DNA from: Terriglobia bacterium
GTDB taxonomy: Bacteria; Acidobacteriota; Terriglobia; 2-12-FULL-54-10
Length of the DNA stretch: 64,000 bases
Direction: 5' to 3'
Assembly: GCA_965222345.1 (NCBI GenBank)
Contig: CBDCTS010000006.1
Coordinates: 15,146-79,145, forward strand
The first letter of the stretch is position 1. Each line of letters starts with the position of its first letter. Of this stretch, positions 43,774 to 53,673 are shown in pieces. The position numbers were made by a program, and so were the translations under genes. The notes under the pieces are model-generated. The model was not told the DNA's origin, made no database searches, and was given only the letters and a program-made list of their open reading frames with translations.

Positions 43774-44430
43774 GTGAAAACCATTGCCATTGTCAGCCAG
43801 AAAGGAGGATCGGGAAAAACGACGCTTGCTTTGCACTTGGCCGTGGCTTCCGCTCAAGCCGACCGTAACGTTGCCATAATCGACCTCGATCCCCAAGCCT
43901 CTACGGCCAATTGGTCTGACCGACGCAAGGCGGAGCTACCTGTTGTTCTTTCGGCCCATGCCAGCCGCTTGCGCCACGAAGCGACGCGGCTCAAGCAGAC
44001 AGGAGGCGATACCCTCTATTTGGACACTGCGCCTCATTCCGACAGCGCGGCTCTGGAGGCAGCCCTGGCCGCCGATCTTGTGCTCATCCCGTGTCGGCCT
44101 GCAATCTTGGACCTGGAGGCTATCACCAATACGCTTGCCTTTATTCGCACCACAACAACGCCGGTAACGATCGTTCTTAATGCCGTTGCGCCGGTGGGGC
44201 AGGATGCCGCGCAAGCTGCCGAGGCGCTGACGGCCCTTGGAGTCGAAGTCTGTCCCGCGGCGCTGGGGAACCGGGTGGCATTTGCTCGAGCGCTAATCAC
44301 CGGCCAGGCCGCCCAGGAGTTCGAGCCGCATGGGAAAGCCGCCGCCGAAGTAGAACGGTTGCACGAGTTCGTAATCAATCGTGTGCACACGTGCATACCT
44401 TCAAACAACGGAGGTTCAGCCAATGGCTAA
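43774..44430 (+). CDS. parA: ParA ATPase
   Basis: SQKGGSGKTT, DLDPQ, LDTAP; TGCACACATGCAC repeats upstream (43706-43760). Confidence 0.9.
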   Translation: MKTIAIVSQKGGSGKTTLALHLAVASAQADRNVAIIDLDPQASTANWSDRRKAELPVVLSAHASRLRHEATRLKQTGGDTLYLDTAPHSDSAALEAALAADLVLIPCRPAILDLEAITNTLAFIRTTTTPVTIVLNAVAPVGQDAAQAAEALTALGVEVCPAALGNRVAFARALITGQAAQEFEPHGKAAAEVERLHEFVINRVHTCIPSNNGGSANG

Positions 44431-44671
44431 CAAATTTGCTAGTGCCCTTCGCAACACCCGCCAGACCGCCGTGCCCACCGTCCGTTCGAGCAATGAGCGT
44501 AGTATGCGCAAGCACATCGGCGGCTATTTCTATCCCGACGTCTCCACGCAACTGCGACACTTGGCGGTGGAAGAAAACAGCACCGTTCAGCAGCTTCTCG
44601 CAGAAGCGCTCGACTTGCTCTTTCAGGCGCGTGGCAAGCCCGTGATCGCACGGGAAAGGCGTCCCCGCTGA
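44423..44671 (+). CDS. Ribbon-helix-helix partition partner
   Basis: KHIGGYF...LRHLAVEE.STVQQLLAEALDLLF. Confidence 0.75.
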   Translation: MANKFASALRNTRQTAVPTVRSSNERSMRKHIGGYFYPDVSTQLRHLAVEENSTVQQLLAEALDLLFQARGKPVIARERRPR

Positions 44672-44851
44672 TGCCTGACCCGTCCGCCGGACGGCGCGAA
44701 AGCGATTTGGCGCAACACCGGAAGGCATGTCACCATTGAGCCTCGCCCGGCAATGCTCGATCAATGGAGCAAGGGGTAACGGGTGGGAAAGTGGACCGCC
44801 CGAATCGCGGCGCTTGCAGCGCGTCGGGGATGATCCAGGGAAACCGCGATT

Positions 44852-45346
44852 TCAGCGGCGGTTCCATAAGCCGATTCCTCGCCGCCTCGCTTGTTCTTCC
44901 AGTTGAATAAACTCCGTACGCTTGGAGAAGGGAAAGCGCCGGTAAGCATGAGCGTAGCCGTCGCGGATCAGCCGCGCGTTGAAGTTGTCTCCGTCCAGCA
45001 GGACGTAGCGAAGCCAGCGCCCGTAGCGGTCTACGGTATCTCCGGTGCGGTCCTTTTGGAGCAGCACCGTCTTACCTTCGAGCGCCGCCTTGGTGAAGGC
45101 GCTTGCCTCCCGTCCGAAATACTGCACCGCTTTGGTGGGGTGTTTCGTTTCCGGGGTGTCCACGCCGATGAGCCGGACGGTGTAGCTCTTCCCCTCAACC
45201 CGAACGTGAATCGTATCCCCGTCAATCACCCGCTCGACGTGGGCGGAAATCGGATCAAGCTGGGCGCTGGTAATCAGGCCCATGAATCCGCCGATAAACA
45301 TGGCGAGGCCGATCATCTTGGCCCTGAGTGGCAGGGGCAGGGTCAA
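44852..45346 (-). CDS. Thermonuclease (SNase)
   Basis: VIDGDT, RLIGVDTPE, DRYGRWLRYV, GLW. Confidence 0.9.
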   Translation of the reverse strand: MTLPLPLRAKMIGLAMFIGGFMGLITSAQLDPISAHVERVIDGDTIHVRVEGKSYTVRLIGVDTPETKHPTKAVQYFGREASAFTKAALEGKTVLLQKDRTGDTVDRYGRWLRYVLLDGDNFNARLIRDGYAHAYRRFPFSKRTEFIQLEEQARRRGIGLWNRR

Positions 45347-46304
45347 GCGCCTTCGACCGTGATTCTTTGAATGTCCCATTGGTTGTTCCTCGCTTCGTAG
45401 CCTTTGACGAAAACCGCTTCTTCCGCGAATCGCCGCCCCTCGTGGCGCGTCATGTGAATCACCATGGCGATCCCGTCCACTACGCCTCTACAGGTGACTT
45501 CCCAGGGAAGCTCACCGCCGCCTTGCATGGCGCAACTGGCGATCCGGGATAAGGCGCTTTCGGCGTTGTTGGCGTGTACGGTCGTCAGCGATCCGCCGTG
45601 GCCGGTGTTCAAGGCTCTTGCAGCAGGTCCGCCGCCTCTCCGCCGCGTACCTCGCCCACGACGATGTGATCCGGGCGATGACGCAAGGCATGGCGTACCA
45701 GGTCCCGGATTGTGACCGCTCCTTCCTGCAAACCGCGAGCCTCGAAGCGGACGCAATTCGAGCGCTCGATGCGAAGCTCTAGCGTGTCCTCGATGGCAAC
45801 TATTCGCTCGTCGTCGGGCAACAGTTCAATGAGGGCATTAAGCAACGTGGTCTTGCCTGATCCGGTGCCTCCTGATACCAGGATGTTGCGCCGGGACCGC
45901 AACACCCGCTCTGCTTCCGCCCGCACGTTTTCAGGGAGTGCGCCTTGCTTCACGAGGTCATCCGCCGAAAACGACCGCTTTCCGAAACGGCGAACGGTGA
46001 TAGCGACTTGAGGACTGGCGGGCGGAACGCAGATAGCAACCCGCGATCCGTCATCGAGCCGAGCATCGACAATAGGCGAACTTGCCGGGTCCAGGCCCAA
46101 AGGACGGGCGATGTGGATCGCGGCCCTCAACAGCGCCGCGTCGTCCAGGTCCGGCGCGGCGTGTACGGCCAGCCGTCCGGCCCGCTCAACCCATACATTA
46201 CCGGGGCCGTTAATCATGATCTCGCTCACTTCGGAATCTTCCAGGACGCTTTCCAAGCCCGGTAGAAACGGTTTGAGATGTTCCAGTCCGCTCGCGGCGC
46301 TCAT
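45343..46304 (-). pseudogene. VirB11/CpaF ATPase with a frameshift near 45615
   Basis: GGTGSGKTT, RPDHIVVGEVRG, then ALNTGHGGSLTTVHA in another frame (apparent 2-nt insertion). Confidence 0.85.
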
Positions 46305-48961
46305 ATTTGGCCCGCCTCCTTCGCTCTCCAATAGGAGTGTTCGGCTGGTAGATAGTGCGGCTTGAGGTAGACGCGGCGCGGCTCAAGCGACTGCGCCCCG
46401 TCATAGGGCAGACAGATCGCTTGACAGTTTGAGAGCAAGGCGAAGTCTCGCGGGTGAAACACGGCCTCGCGCTGCTCCCGGAATGACTTGGTTGCGCCCA
46501 TGCTCCCGCCTCCGCCTCCGGCCCGTCCTGAGAGCGGGGAGACTTCCGAGCGTTTAGAAGTCTCGCTGATGGTGTAGGATTCCTTGATCTTCGCCACCTG
46601 GCCGCATAACTCCGACGCAATCTTGGCGCTGGCGTCGTCGCTGAGAGATAGGAAGATACGAGTGCGGAGCGTCTGCAACAGCGACCGCCACGCTTCCGAG
46701 CTTCCCAACACGGCCCGCAACGAGGAAATAGATTGCGTGGCGACAATCGGGATGCAGCGGCATTGCCGGGTCAGGGCAAAGGATTTTTCATCGCCCGATG
46801 GGTCATCCTCGCCCACGGAAGCGAAGGCTTGATATTCGTCACAGATAAAGACGGCGGGCCGGAAGTACCGACCCGGCGAGTGCTTCATCTTTGCCGGTCG
46901 CATGAGAAGCGCTTGTAACCAAGCGTTCTTGAGCATCACGCCCACGGCGCGGGCCAGCGCCGGGTTGATACCAGCGGGCATATTCAAGGCCAGCACCTTG
47001 CCCTGCTCGATCAATTCAAAGAGCGGCGGTAGGTGGTGCTTGATCGAGGCTGTATCTTCGGGGGGTTTTTGGTCGCTCTGATCTGCGGGGTCCGGCGTCT
47101 TGTCGTCCGGCTCGGTGACGATCCACGGCGCTTCCGCCTTCTTGACCGGCTTCGGCTCCGTGATGATCCACGGCGCTTCCGCCGCCTTCACCGGCTCCGG
47201 CTCCGCTGCTTTCACCGGCTCCGGGTCCGCCGCTTTCACCGGCTCCGGGTGTGGCGCTTTCACCGGCTCCGGGTGTGGCGTCTTGACCGGCTTCGGCTTT
47301 TTCGCGGGTTGCGGTTTCGTCGCTGCCTTCGGCTGCCCTCCCCATGTGTATCTGATTTCCGCTGCCTCCGCTTTGGGCGGGTTGTCGTCCGGCTCCGGCT
47401 CCGCCGCTTTGACCGGCTCCGGCTCCGGTTTCGGTTTCGGTTCCGCGTCCTTCGCCGCCGCCGCGTCCTTCTCGGCTTTGAGCCGCTTGATTTGGGCTTG
47501 GAGGATTATGGCTTGAGGATCGTCAGTGGTGGCGGGCGCGGGGGGACAAAACACCTTTGCCACCTCCGGCATATCGAACATGGAAAGGAACACCGAAACC
47601 CCCTCCACAATCGAGGATTTGATCTTGTTGTCTAGGGCTTGCCAGTCGTGGACAAACCAGCGCTTGATGGCTTCGACGCGCTCTCTCGTGTCTTCGCCGG
47701 GTCCATGTCTCCAAGCGATTTCATGTTCGATTTTGAGTTCGTCAAGTTTTGCTTTCAGCGGGCGCGAGTGGGAGGCTCGTTCTTTTTGGCCGTCCGGCGT
47801 CGGTGTCCAGGACCATGGGGCAAGCTGTGTGACTTGAGCTTCTAGCACGTCGGCCTCGATAAAGACGAATCCTGTGTTTAGGTCGTCGCTCAACTTCTCC
47901 GCCGCTTCGATTTTGGCCGCGAATAGCTCCGGGTTGATTGCACAGCGGTAGACCTGCTGCAACGTCACCCATCGGTCGGGGAAGACGCGGTGAAGCTCGA
48001 TGATCCAGCGGACCAGATTGGTATAGGCTTGCTGCCAAAAGGGTTCCTTGCCCTTGCCGAATAGCTGATTGAGAAGGCTCGAAACGGTGTAGGCCAGTGA
48101 GTACGAATCGAGCCACCAGGCCGATAGCGGATTCCATTGGGCGGGGGCATCCATGCCAAGCTCGATGTAGTCTTGTCCACGGCCCGTCTCAACCAGGATT
48201 TGGCGGATGTCGTGACAGAAATCTCCTTTGACTTCGAGTATCAGCGCCGCCGCCCGCATGTGCCGATTGTGCGCTTGCCAGCCTAGAAGTTGGCGGGCAA
48301 ACGGGTTCATGCAAGCCGATGTTTTCCCCGATCCTATGGCTCCGAAGATTGCCACGCCGGTATACAGTCCGCGCTCCGGGATGGTAAGCCATGTGGGACT
48401 AAAAACCTCCCGCGCCTCGACCGGGTGATGGACCTCCCCGATGACGATGGCCGGAGCCTGTTGGTCCGCTGAAAGCGGCCACGGCGGGAGCTTGGCGAAG
48501 GGCGCGAAATCGCGCCGCCGCCCCTCTAGCCAAACCTTCCAAACGGTGACGGAAATAAGCCCGGAGAGCATGACGGCAACCAAGGGCGAAAGGTAGTACC
48601 AGAGCAGCACGGCGGTGAAGAAATCGGGGGTGTGGAATTGCACCAAAGCAAGGATCGGGTGCTCGTCAATCGAGGGGAAGGGACGCCGTACAAAGCTCCA
48701 GACGGCGTACCACAGACCGCCGAAAAAAAAGAGCAACAGAGCGGGGAGCCGCACAACGAAGTGTACGACTCGAAACAGCGTCCAGCCCAACAGCATCAAG
48801 CCCTGAAACAGACGCCAACCAGCCAAGCCCAACAGCACGAAACCTTGGACGACCAGCCGGCCGAGGACGGCGAAAACCCGGATCGGGTTTTTCCAGTTCA
48901 TCGGGCCAGCGGGCCGGTGCCAAAGCTCCCGGAGATAAGGGCCGATCTCGCGCCATTTCAT
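46301..48961 (-). CDS. VirD4/TraD-like type IV coupling ATPase with a Pro-rich repeat insert
   Basis: N-terminal TMs, GAIGSGKT, FICDEYQ, ATQS. Confidence 0.85.
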   Translation of the reverse strand: MKWREIGPYLRELWHRPAGPMNWKNPIRVFAVLGRLVVQGFVLLGLAGWRLFQGLMLLGWTLFRVVHFVVRLPALLLFFFGGLWYAVWSFVRRPFPSIDEHPILALVQFHTPDFFTAVLLWYYLSPLVAVMLSGLISVTVWKVWLEGRRRDFAPFAKLPPWPLSADQQAPAIVIGEVHHPVEAREVFSPTWLTIPERGLYTGVAIFGAIGSGKTSACMNPFARQLLGWQAHNRHMRAAALILEVKGDFCHDIRQILVETGRGQDYIELGMDAPAQWNPLSAWWLDSYSLAYTVSSLLNQLFGKGKEPFWQQAYTNLVRWIIELHRVFPDRWVTLQQVYRCAINPELFAAKIEAAEKLSDDLNTGFVFIEADVLEAQVTQLAPWSWTPTPDGQKERASHSRPLKAKLDELKIEHEIAWRHGPGEDTRERVEAIKRWFVHDWQALDNKIKSSIVEGVSVFLSMFDMPEVAKVFCPPAPATTDDPQAIILQAQIKRLKAEKDAAAAKDAEPKPKPEPEPVKAAEPEPDDNPPKAEAAEIRYTWGGQPKAATKPQPAKKPKPVKTPHPEPVKAPHPEPVKAADPEPVKAAEPEPVKAAEAPWIITEPKPVKKAEAPWIVTEPDDKTPDPADQSDQKPPEDTASIKHHLPPLFELIEQGKVLALNMPAGINPALARAVGVMLKNAWLQALLMRPAKMKHSPGRYFRPAVFICDEYQAFASVGEDDPSGDEKSFALTRQCRCIPIVATQSISSLRAVLGSSEAWRSLLQTLRTRIFLSLSDDASAKIASELCGQVAKIKESYTISETSKRSEVSPLSGRAGGGGGSMGATKSFREQREAVFHPRDFALLSNCQAICLPYDGAQSLEPRRVYLKPHYLPAEHSYWRAKEAGQI

Positions 48962-49320
48962 AGGTCCGTCTCCGTGCTTTCAGCGCCGCTCGTGGGCGGC
49001 TGTTCTGAGCCTTCCCGCAGGGATAAATGAAGACGAGAGCGACCCCCATGGGACCGGGTAGAGGTATGTGACAACATGCCTCAACAAAAGGTCACATGAC
49101 CCCCCTGTTTTGGGGGGGGTCGCTCTCGTCTTTCTCGATTTCCCGCGTCGTTAGCGCTTCCGAACGATTCATCGTAGATAACCACAACTGAATGAGGAAG
49201 ATAGAGGAAAGCGGCTGCGCCGCATTGCTCGTTTTAACGATGTGACACCCCCCCCCTGAGTCTGTCACGAACATTATCGGCCACCGTCACATAAAAAAAC
49301 AGCCAAATTTCCGGGTCTCT
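48962..49320 (-). repeat. Conserved ~360-bp intergenic element, copy B
   Basis: Homologous to copies A and C. Confidence 0.85.
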
Positions 49321-49648
49321 CATCTGCCCTCATCTCGATTCATAAACCGCATGGCTTGCCATGTCGAATAGTCGTCAATCGAGACTCCTTCCGTTAGATT
49401 TGCTTCGGGGGTCTTGGAGAGTGCCGCAACCCGCTTCATGGCTGGCCCTCGCCCGCCGTACTGCTCGAAAAACGGCCAGTTATGCTGCTTCATCGCTTCA
49501 CGGATGGCCTTAATCTCCTGCTTGACCGTCAGTCCTTCATGGCTTGTCCCTGGCTTCGCCGCCGCCCATTTCTCAAGCACCCGCGCCGCCCGATCCACAG
49601 TGGCATTTTCAACCGCAATTCCGATCACCCGAACCTGCCGCCCCTTCT

Positions 49649-50691
49649 AGGGTAGCGCCCAGATTACTGTTGAAATACAACATAAGGGCGGTCCGAGCCT
49701 TGGGGTCAGCCTGGAGCGATCTTGCGGGTCTGGATGAAGTGGTAGAGGGCGGAGCGGGAGACGTCGAGTATCTTGGCGATGGAGGCCTTGGAGACATCCT
49801 TGCCCAACAGCGCCCGGATGTCTTGCTCCTTGCCGTCGAGCCTGGATGTTCCCAAGGCCCCCTTGGGCCGGCCGAGCAGTTTCCCCTTGGCTTTGGCAGC
49901 GGCGAGTCCTTCCTTGGTCCGTTCTGAGATCAGGTCCCGCTCGACCTCGGCAAACAATCCGAACAGCGCGATCATCACCTTGGTCCGCAGGTCCTGCTTG
50001 CCGTCGAACTCGATCGCCTCCTTGATGGCGATGAAGCGGATCTTGCGCCGGACCAGGGTCTCCACGATCTGGATCACCTGAGAGAGGCTGCGGCCGAGCC
50101 GCGACAACTCGCTGACCAGCAGGCGGTCGCCGGGCTGAAGCATCCCCAACATCTCGTCGATGCGGCGCTCGATCGGACTCTTGCGCGACGAGATCCGGGA
50201 CTCGATGAACTGGTCGATCGGGAAGCGCCGTTTCTGGCTGAACTCGAGGATGGCCAGCTTCTGGTTGGCGAGGTCCTGCGAACGAGTGGAGACGCGGAGG
50301 TAGGCGACGGTTTTCAAGGCGGCGTCCAAGAAAAGGTGAAATGGGTCCTGTTTCGGACGGTTAACGACTATAGTATCCATAACATTGTGTAGTCAACTAG
50401 CGCCGAGCAAGACGTACGTTTGTTACTGACAAAACCCTGCCGGTCTCCGATCCCGACGTCTCTCGCCCCCGTCTGATTCGCGATGCCGGCTTTCTCGAAG
50501 CCGACCGACACGAGATCGCCCTGTGGCGGGGCCGCCACAATCGATTGGGTTTCGCCTGCCAGATCGCCTTCGTGCGTGGGCTCGGCAGATGGAAGAGCGT
50601 CATTCTCTACGGCGAAATCAAGATTGACACCGCCAAGCTCAGGATGCGCGATCCTTAGAGTGTATTTCAACACGAATCGTGTCGGTACCCT
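49649..50691 (-). mobile_element. Non-autonomous Tn3 element carrying only a resolvase (49706-50380)
   Basis: 38-bp AGGGTA...TAAG IRs at both ends; AYLRVST, SELSRLGRS. Confidence 0.75.
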
Positions 50692-50790
50692 GAAACCAAC
50701 TCGCCGCGTTTAGATTGCATGTTCGGATTCTCCCATGTTCCCCAGACAAGACCGGGCCAGGGTTGCGCTCCCGCCCGCTTCGGATGAGCG

Positions 50791-51060
50791 TTAGGGGAAG
50801 AAAACCAGCTTGACGAGCAAGCCGATGATGATCGGCCCGTAGGCAACGTAGGCCCACTTGATGATCCCTAATTCGCGCATCACTTCACCCCGCAAGCTGG
50901 CGATCTCAACTTTGACTTCGCCAATGGCTTTCAGGAGGTCTTCCTTGGTCGCCAAGTGCTGGGGTATCGGAAGATCGACAACGGCAGCGCGGGCGGATTC
51001 CTCAGATGCGCCGAGTTCTTTCAGCGCGTTGTACATTCCGATGTGAACGTGGCTGCTCAT
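50791..51060 (-). CDS. Small coiled-coil protein with C-terminal TM (CCDC90/DUF1640-like)
   Basis: LATKEDL...KW + hydrophobic tail. Confidence 0.6.
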   Translation of the reverse strand: MSSHVHIGMYNALKELGASEESARAAVVDLPIPQHLATKEDLLKAIGEVKVEIASLRGEVMRELGIIKWAYVAYGPIIIGLLVKLVFFP

Positions 51061-51171
51061 GATCCGTTAGCTCTTTGCTCTGCCCCCATTCTCCCACAGC
51101 ACCCGGACTTCGCCTAGACGACTATTCCACATGGCGGGCCGTGCGGTTTGCAGAGCGAGATGAGACAGACT

Positions 51172-51531
51172 GAGAGGAACGGAAAATCGGCTGTTTTTTT
51201 ATGCCGCCGAGACCGTAAATCTTTGCCGCACGCTCAGAGGGGGGGGTACGGCATGATTCGGACGAGCAATGCGGCAAAGCCGCTTTCCTCTATATGCCTC
51301 ATTCCGTTGTGGTTAGCCGTTTTGAAACGGCCCTCCCGCTTCGGACGCGGGAGAAAGGCTAGGACGTGAGCGACCCCCCCCAAAACAGGGGGGGTATGCG
51401 GCCTTTCGTAGCGGTAGCCTGCGGCATACCTCTACTCGGCCCCATACAGGTCGCTCACGTCCTCATTTATCCCTGCGGGAAGGCTTACGAACAGCCGCCA
51501 TGGGCGGCTCTGAAAGCACGGAGACGGACCT
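51172..51531 (+). repeat. Conserved ~360-bp intergenic element, copy C (orphan)
   Basis: Flanked only by about 19 codons of the upstream gene and by MKWR of virD4. Confidence 0.85.
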
Positions 51532-51559
51532 ATGAAATGGCGGTTGCGCCAGTGGGCAA

Positions 51560-51895
51560 GAACCCCCTTTCCCCTCGCCTTGGATGATTCCAGATCGGTC
51601 CTCGCCGTCAAGGGTTCGCTTCGCCGCTTCGCGCCCTGGACGGCTCCGGGCCGATCCGAAGGGATGGCTGTTCACGAGGGGAAAGGGGGGATGCAGATAT
51701 CAGCCAGTGATTTTGTATCTCATTTGATAGCGTTCGATAGCATCGCACCACAAACCGGGGCACTCGGGCCGTGTGGACGGGCCGGAAGGGAACCTTTCGG
51801 CCATACCAGCCGCCTTGAGCCGCAGCCGAGGGGCGCTGTCACCCGTAGGGCCGTAGCGCAGCGTAGGAGCCGCGCCAGCGGCTTGACTCGCCTCT
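51560..51895. repeat. Hairpin plus oriT-like element, copy 3
   Basis: Matches 12292-12540, with an AT-rich insert at about 51691-51765. Confidence 0.8.
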
Positions 51896-52070
51896 CGGCG
51901 TAGGCTATCTCTGGTTCCGCCTGGACGGGCTTGCAGACTGGCCGCACAGCGTTTCTCGCAGAGAAACGTGAATAGTACGCTCTTCATTTCATTCGGGATT
52001 TTTAAACCACACATCGTAGACCATCAAAATTGATACATCTTCCTAAACGATGCTACCATTATCTGAAGCC

Positions 52071-52412
52071 ATGAATCCACAAGAAGAACTCCAGCAACTG
52101 CTGCAACGCCAAGAGGCCCTGCACCAGGAACTGAAGGAACAAAAAAAAGAGCTTCTGGGAGCTCAGCGCCTCAGGAAAGAAACCCTCAAACGCCAGATCC
52201 AGCGCGCCCAATCCCGCATCTCCGCCGCCGAACGCAAGCGCCGCACCCGCCGCCTGATCCTCCTGGGGAGCTACCTGGAGCACGTCACCGGCGACGATCC
52301 CGACAAGCGAGATCGCCTCATCAAGGGACTCGATGTATTCTTAGAACGGTATCGGGACCGGGAACTGTTCGAGTTGGCCAACAAGGAGCATGAGAATGGC
52401 AACCCCGACTGA
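52071..52412 (+). CDS. MobC/MobS-like mobilisation protein
   Basis: Coiled coil plus ERKRRTRRLILLG and DRELF. Confidence 0.7.
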   Translation: MNPQEELQQLLQRQEALHQELKEQKKELLGAQRLRKETLKRQIQRAQSRISAAERKRRTRRLILLGSYLEHVTGDDPDKRDRLIKGLDVFLERYRDRELFELANKEHENGNPD

Positions 52413-52695
52413 ACCTGTCACCGACGCCCTCTATCAAGCTCTGAGCAGCCCCGAACCGGACCCTCAGGTGGTCCATGCCGCCATTGAGGAAGTCCGCCAA
52501 ATAGCCAGCCAGAACGTCATCGCTGTTCTTGGAGCCCAGATCACTGAGCTGAAGGCCGAGCTGAAGGCAGGGTTTTCCGAAGTCAACTCGCGGATCGACA
52601 CGCTGGAGAAGGTGGTCTGGCGGGTGATTTGGCCGCTAATCGGTCTGCTCGCCACGACCGTCTTCGGCCTGCTCTACCGGGTTCTCACTAGCTAA
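52396..52695 (+). CDS. Small coiled-coil protein with C-terminal TM
   Basis: AAGGAG RBS; heptads then a hydrophobic tail. Confidence 0.6.
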   Translation: MATPTEPVTDALYQALSSPEPDPQVVHAAIEEVRQIASQNVIAVLGAQITELKAELKAGFSEVNSRIDTLEKVVWRVIWPLIGLLATTVFGLLYRVLTS

Positions 52696-52764
52696 GTCGT
52701 ATCCTTGTACTTCTTTCTCCACCGCGCCGCTTTTCCCCTTAAAAGGAAGGGTTTGGCCGTTTCT

Positions 52765-52932
52765 CAGGGCGCGTCAGCGCCCGTCTCCTGTGGTTTCTTC
52801 CCAGGTCGATTTATCCACAGATTCGTCGCTCCTACTACTTGTTCTTTAACTACTTGTTCTTTAACTACATGCTTTAGGGTATCCCGTATGCTCGTGGAAA
52901 ACTCCCCCGATTCACACAACCCTGTGGAAAAC
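52765..52932. other. Orphan oriV-like region
   Basis: TTATCCACA plus ACTACTTGTTCTTTA repeats as at 38490 and, inverted, 13970. Confidence 0.6.
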
Positions 52933-53272
52933 CTTTCAAGCTGAGCCGCCTGCAGATGTGGCGTAAGGCCGCGGAAGCGGATGGCTGGTTCGAGGGGATG
53001 CGGCGGCGAGTGTGCTAGATGCGGCCGAGTTCGCGCAACGCCAGAAAGTAGCTAGGCGCTGTTTGGGCCGTCTTCGTCAGTGGAACTTGAACCCTGGACC
53101 GCTGGCGCTGCTGCCCTGGCCGGCATGATGCCAATGCGCTTGCTCACGCGGTAGGCCAAGGATCCTCGAATCGCGGCCAACTCCTGTCGTACCTCATCCA
53201 ACTCGGCCTTAACCTAGCGAAGGCCGAAATTTCGGCAAAGTAGGCGCAGGGGGAAAGTCGCCGCCGCCATGG

Positions 53273-53668
53273 TCATCGTATTCGTCCGTAGAGCAATGTC
53301 ATTTGCTCGAACTCGCTCTTCATGCCGAGGCGAGTCGATTGTGCGAACCGAGAGATTAGAAAAATGGCTGCGCCCGCAAAGATCCCCCCGCCGAAGCCCC
53401 AACTGTCCCGGACAAACTTCAGTGTCGCCGGCGATTCCCATCGGAGCAAATAGTAGGCCCCCCACAGGACAGCTCCTGGGAGGATCGTCCAAATGAAGAT
53501 CGATCCGAAATAGAACAACGGCAGTTTCCATGAATAGACGCCTCTGAAGCATCCCAATAGTGCTTTCGGAAGTGCGTAGAACAAGGATGGGAGCAGACTG
53601 CTCGTTAGAACAACGGTGACGAGCATCGAAAGAGCGCATACAACGAGATGAATCAATAACTGCGCCAT
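53273..53668 (-). CDS. Small membrane protein (transposon passenger)
   Basis: Three hydrophobic segments; directly downstream of the recombinase. Confidence 0.55.
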   Translation of the reverse strand: MAQLLIHLVVCALSMLVTVVLTSSLLPSLFYALPKALLGCFRGVYSWKLPLFYFGSIFIWTILPGAVLWGAYYLLRWESPATLKFVRDSWGFGGGIFAGAAIFLISRFAQSTRLGMKSEFEQMTLLYGRIR

Positions 53669-53673
53669 ATTCC

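Noticed and set aside
47100-47440. Repeat array as CRISPR
   Set aside because: In-frame tandem coding repeats without unique spacers; no cas genes
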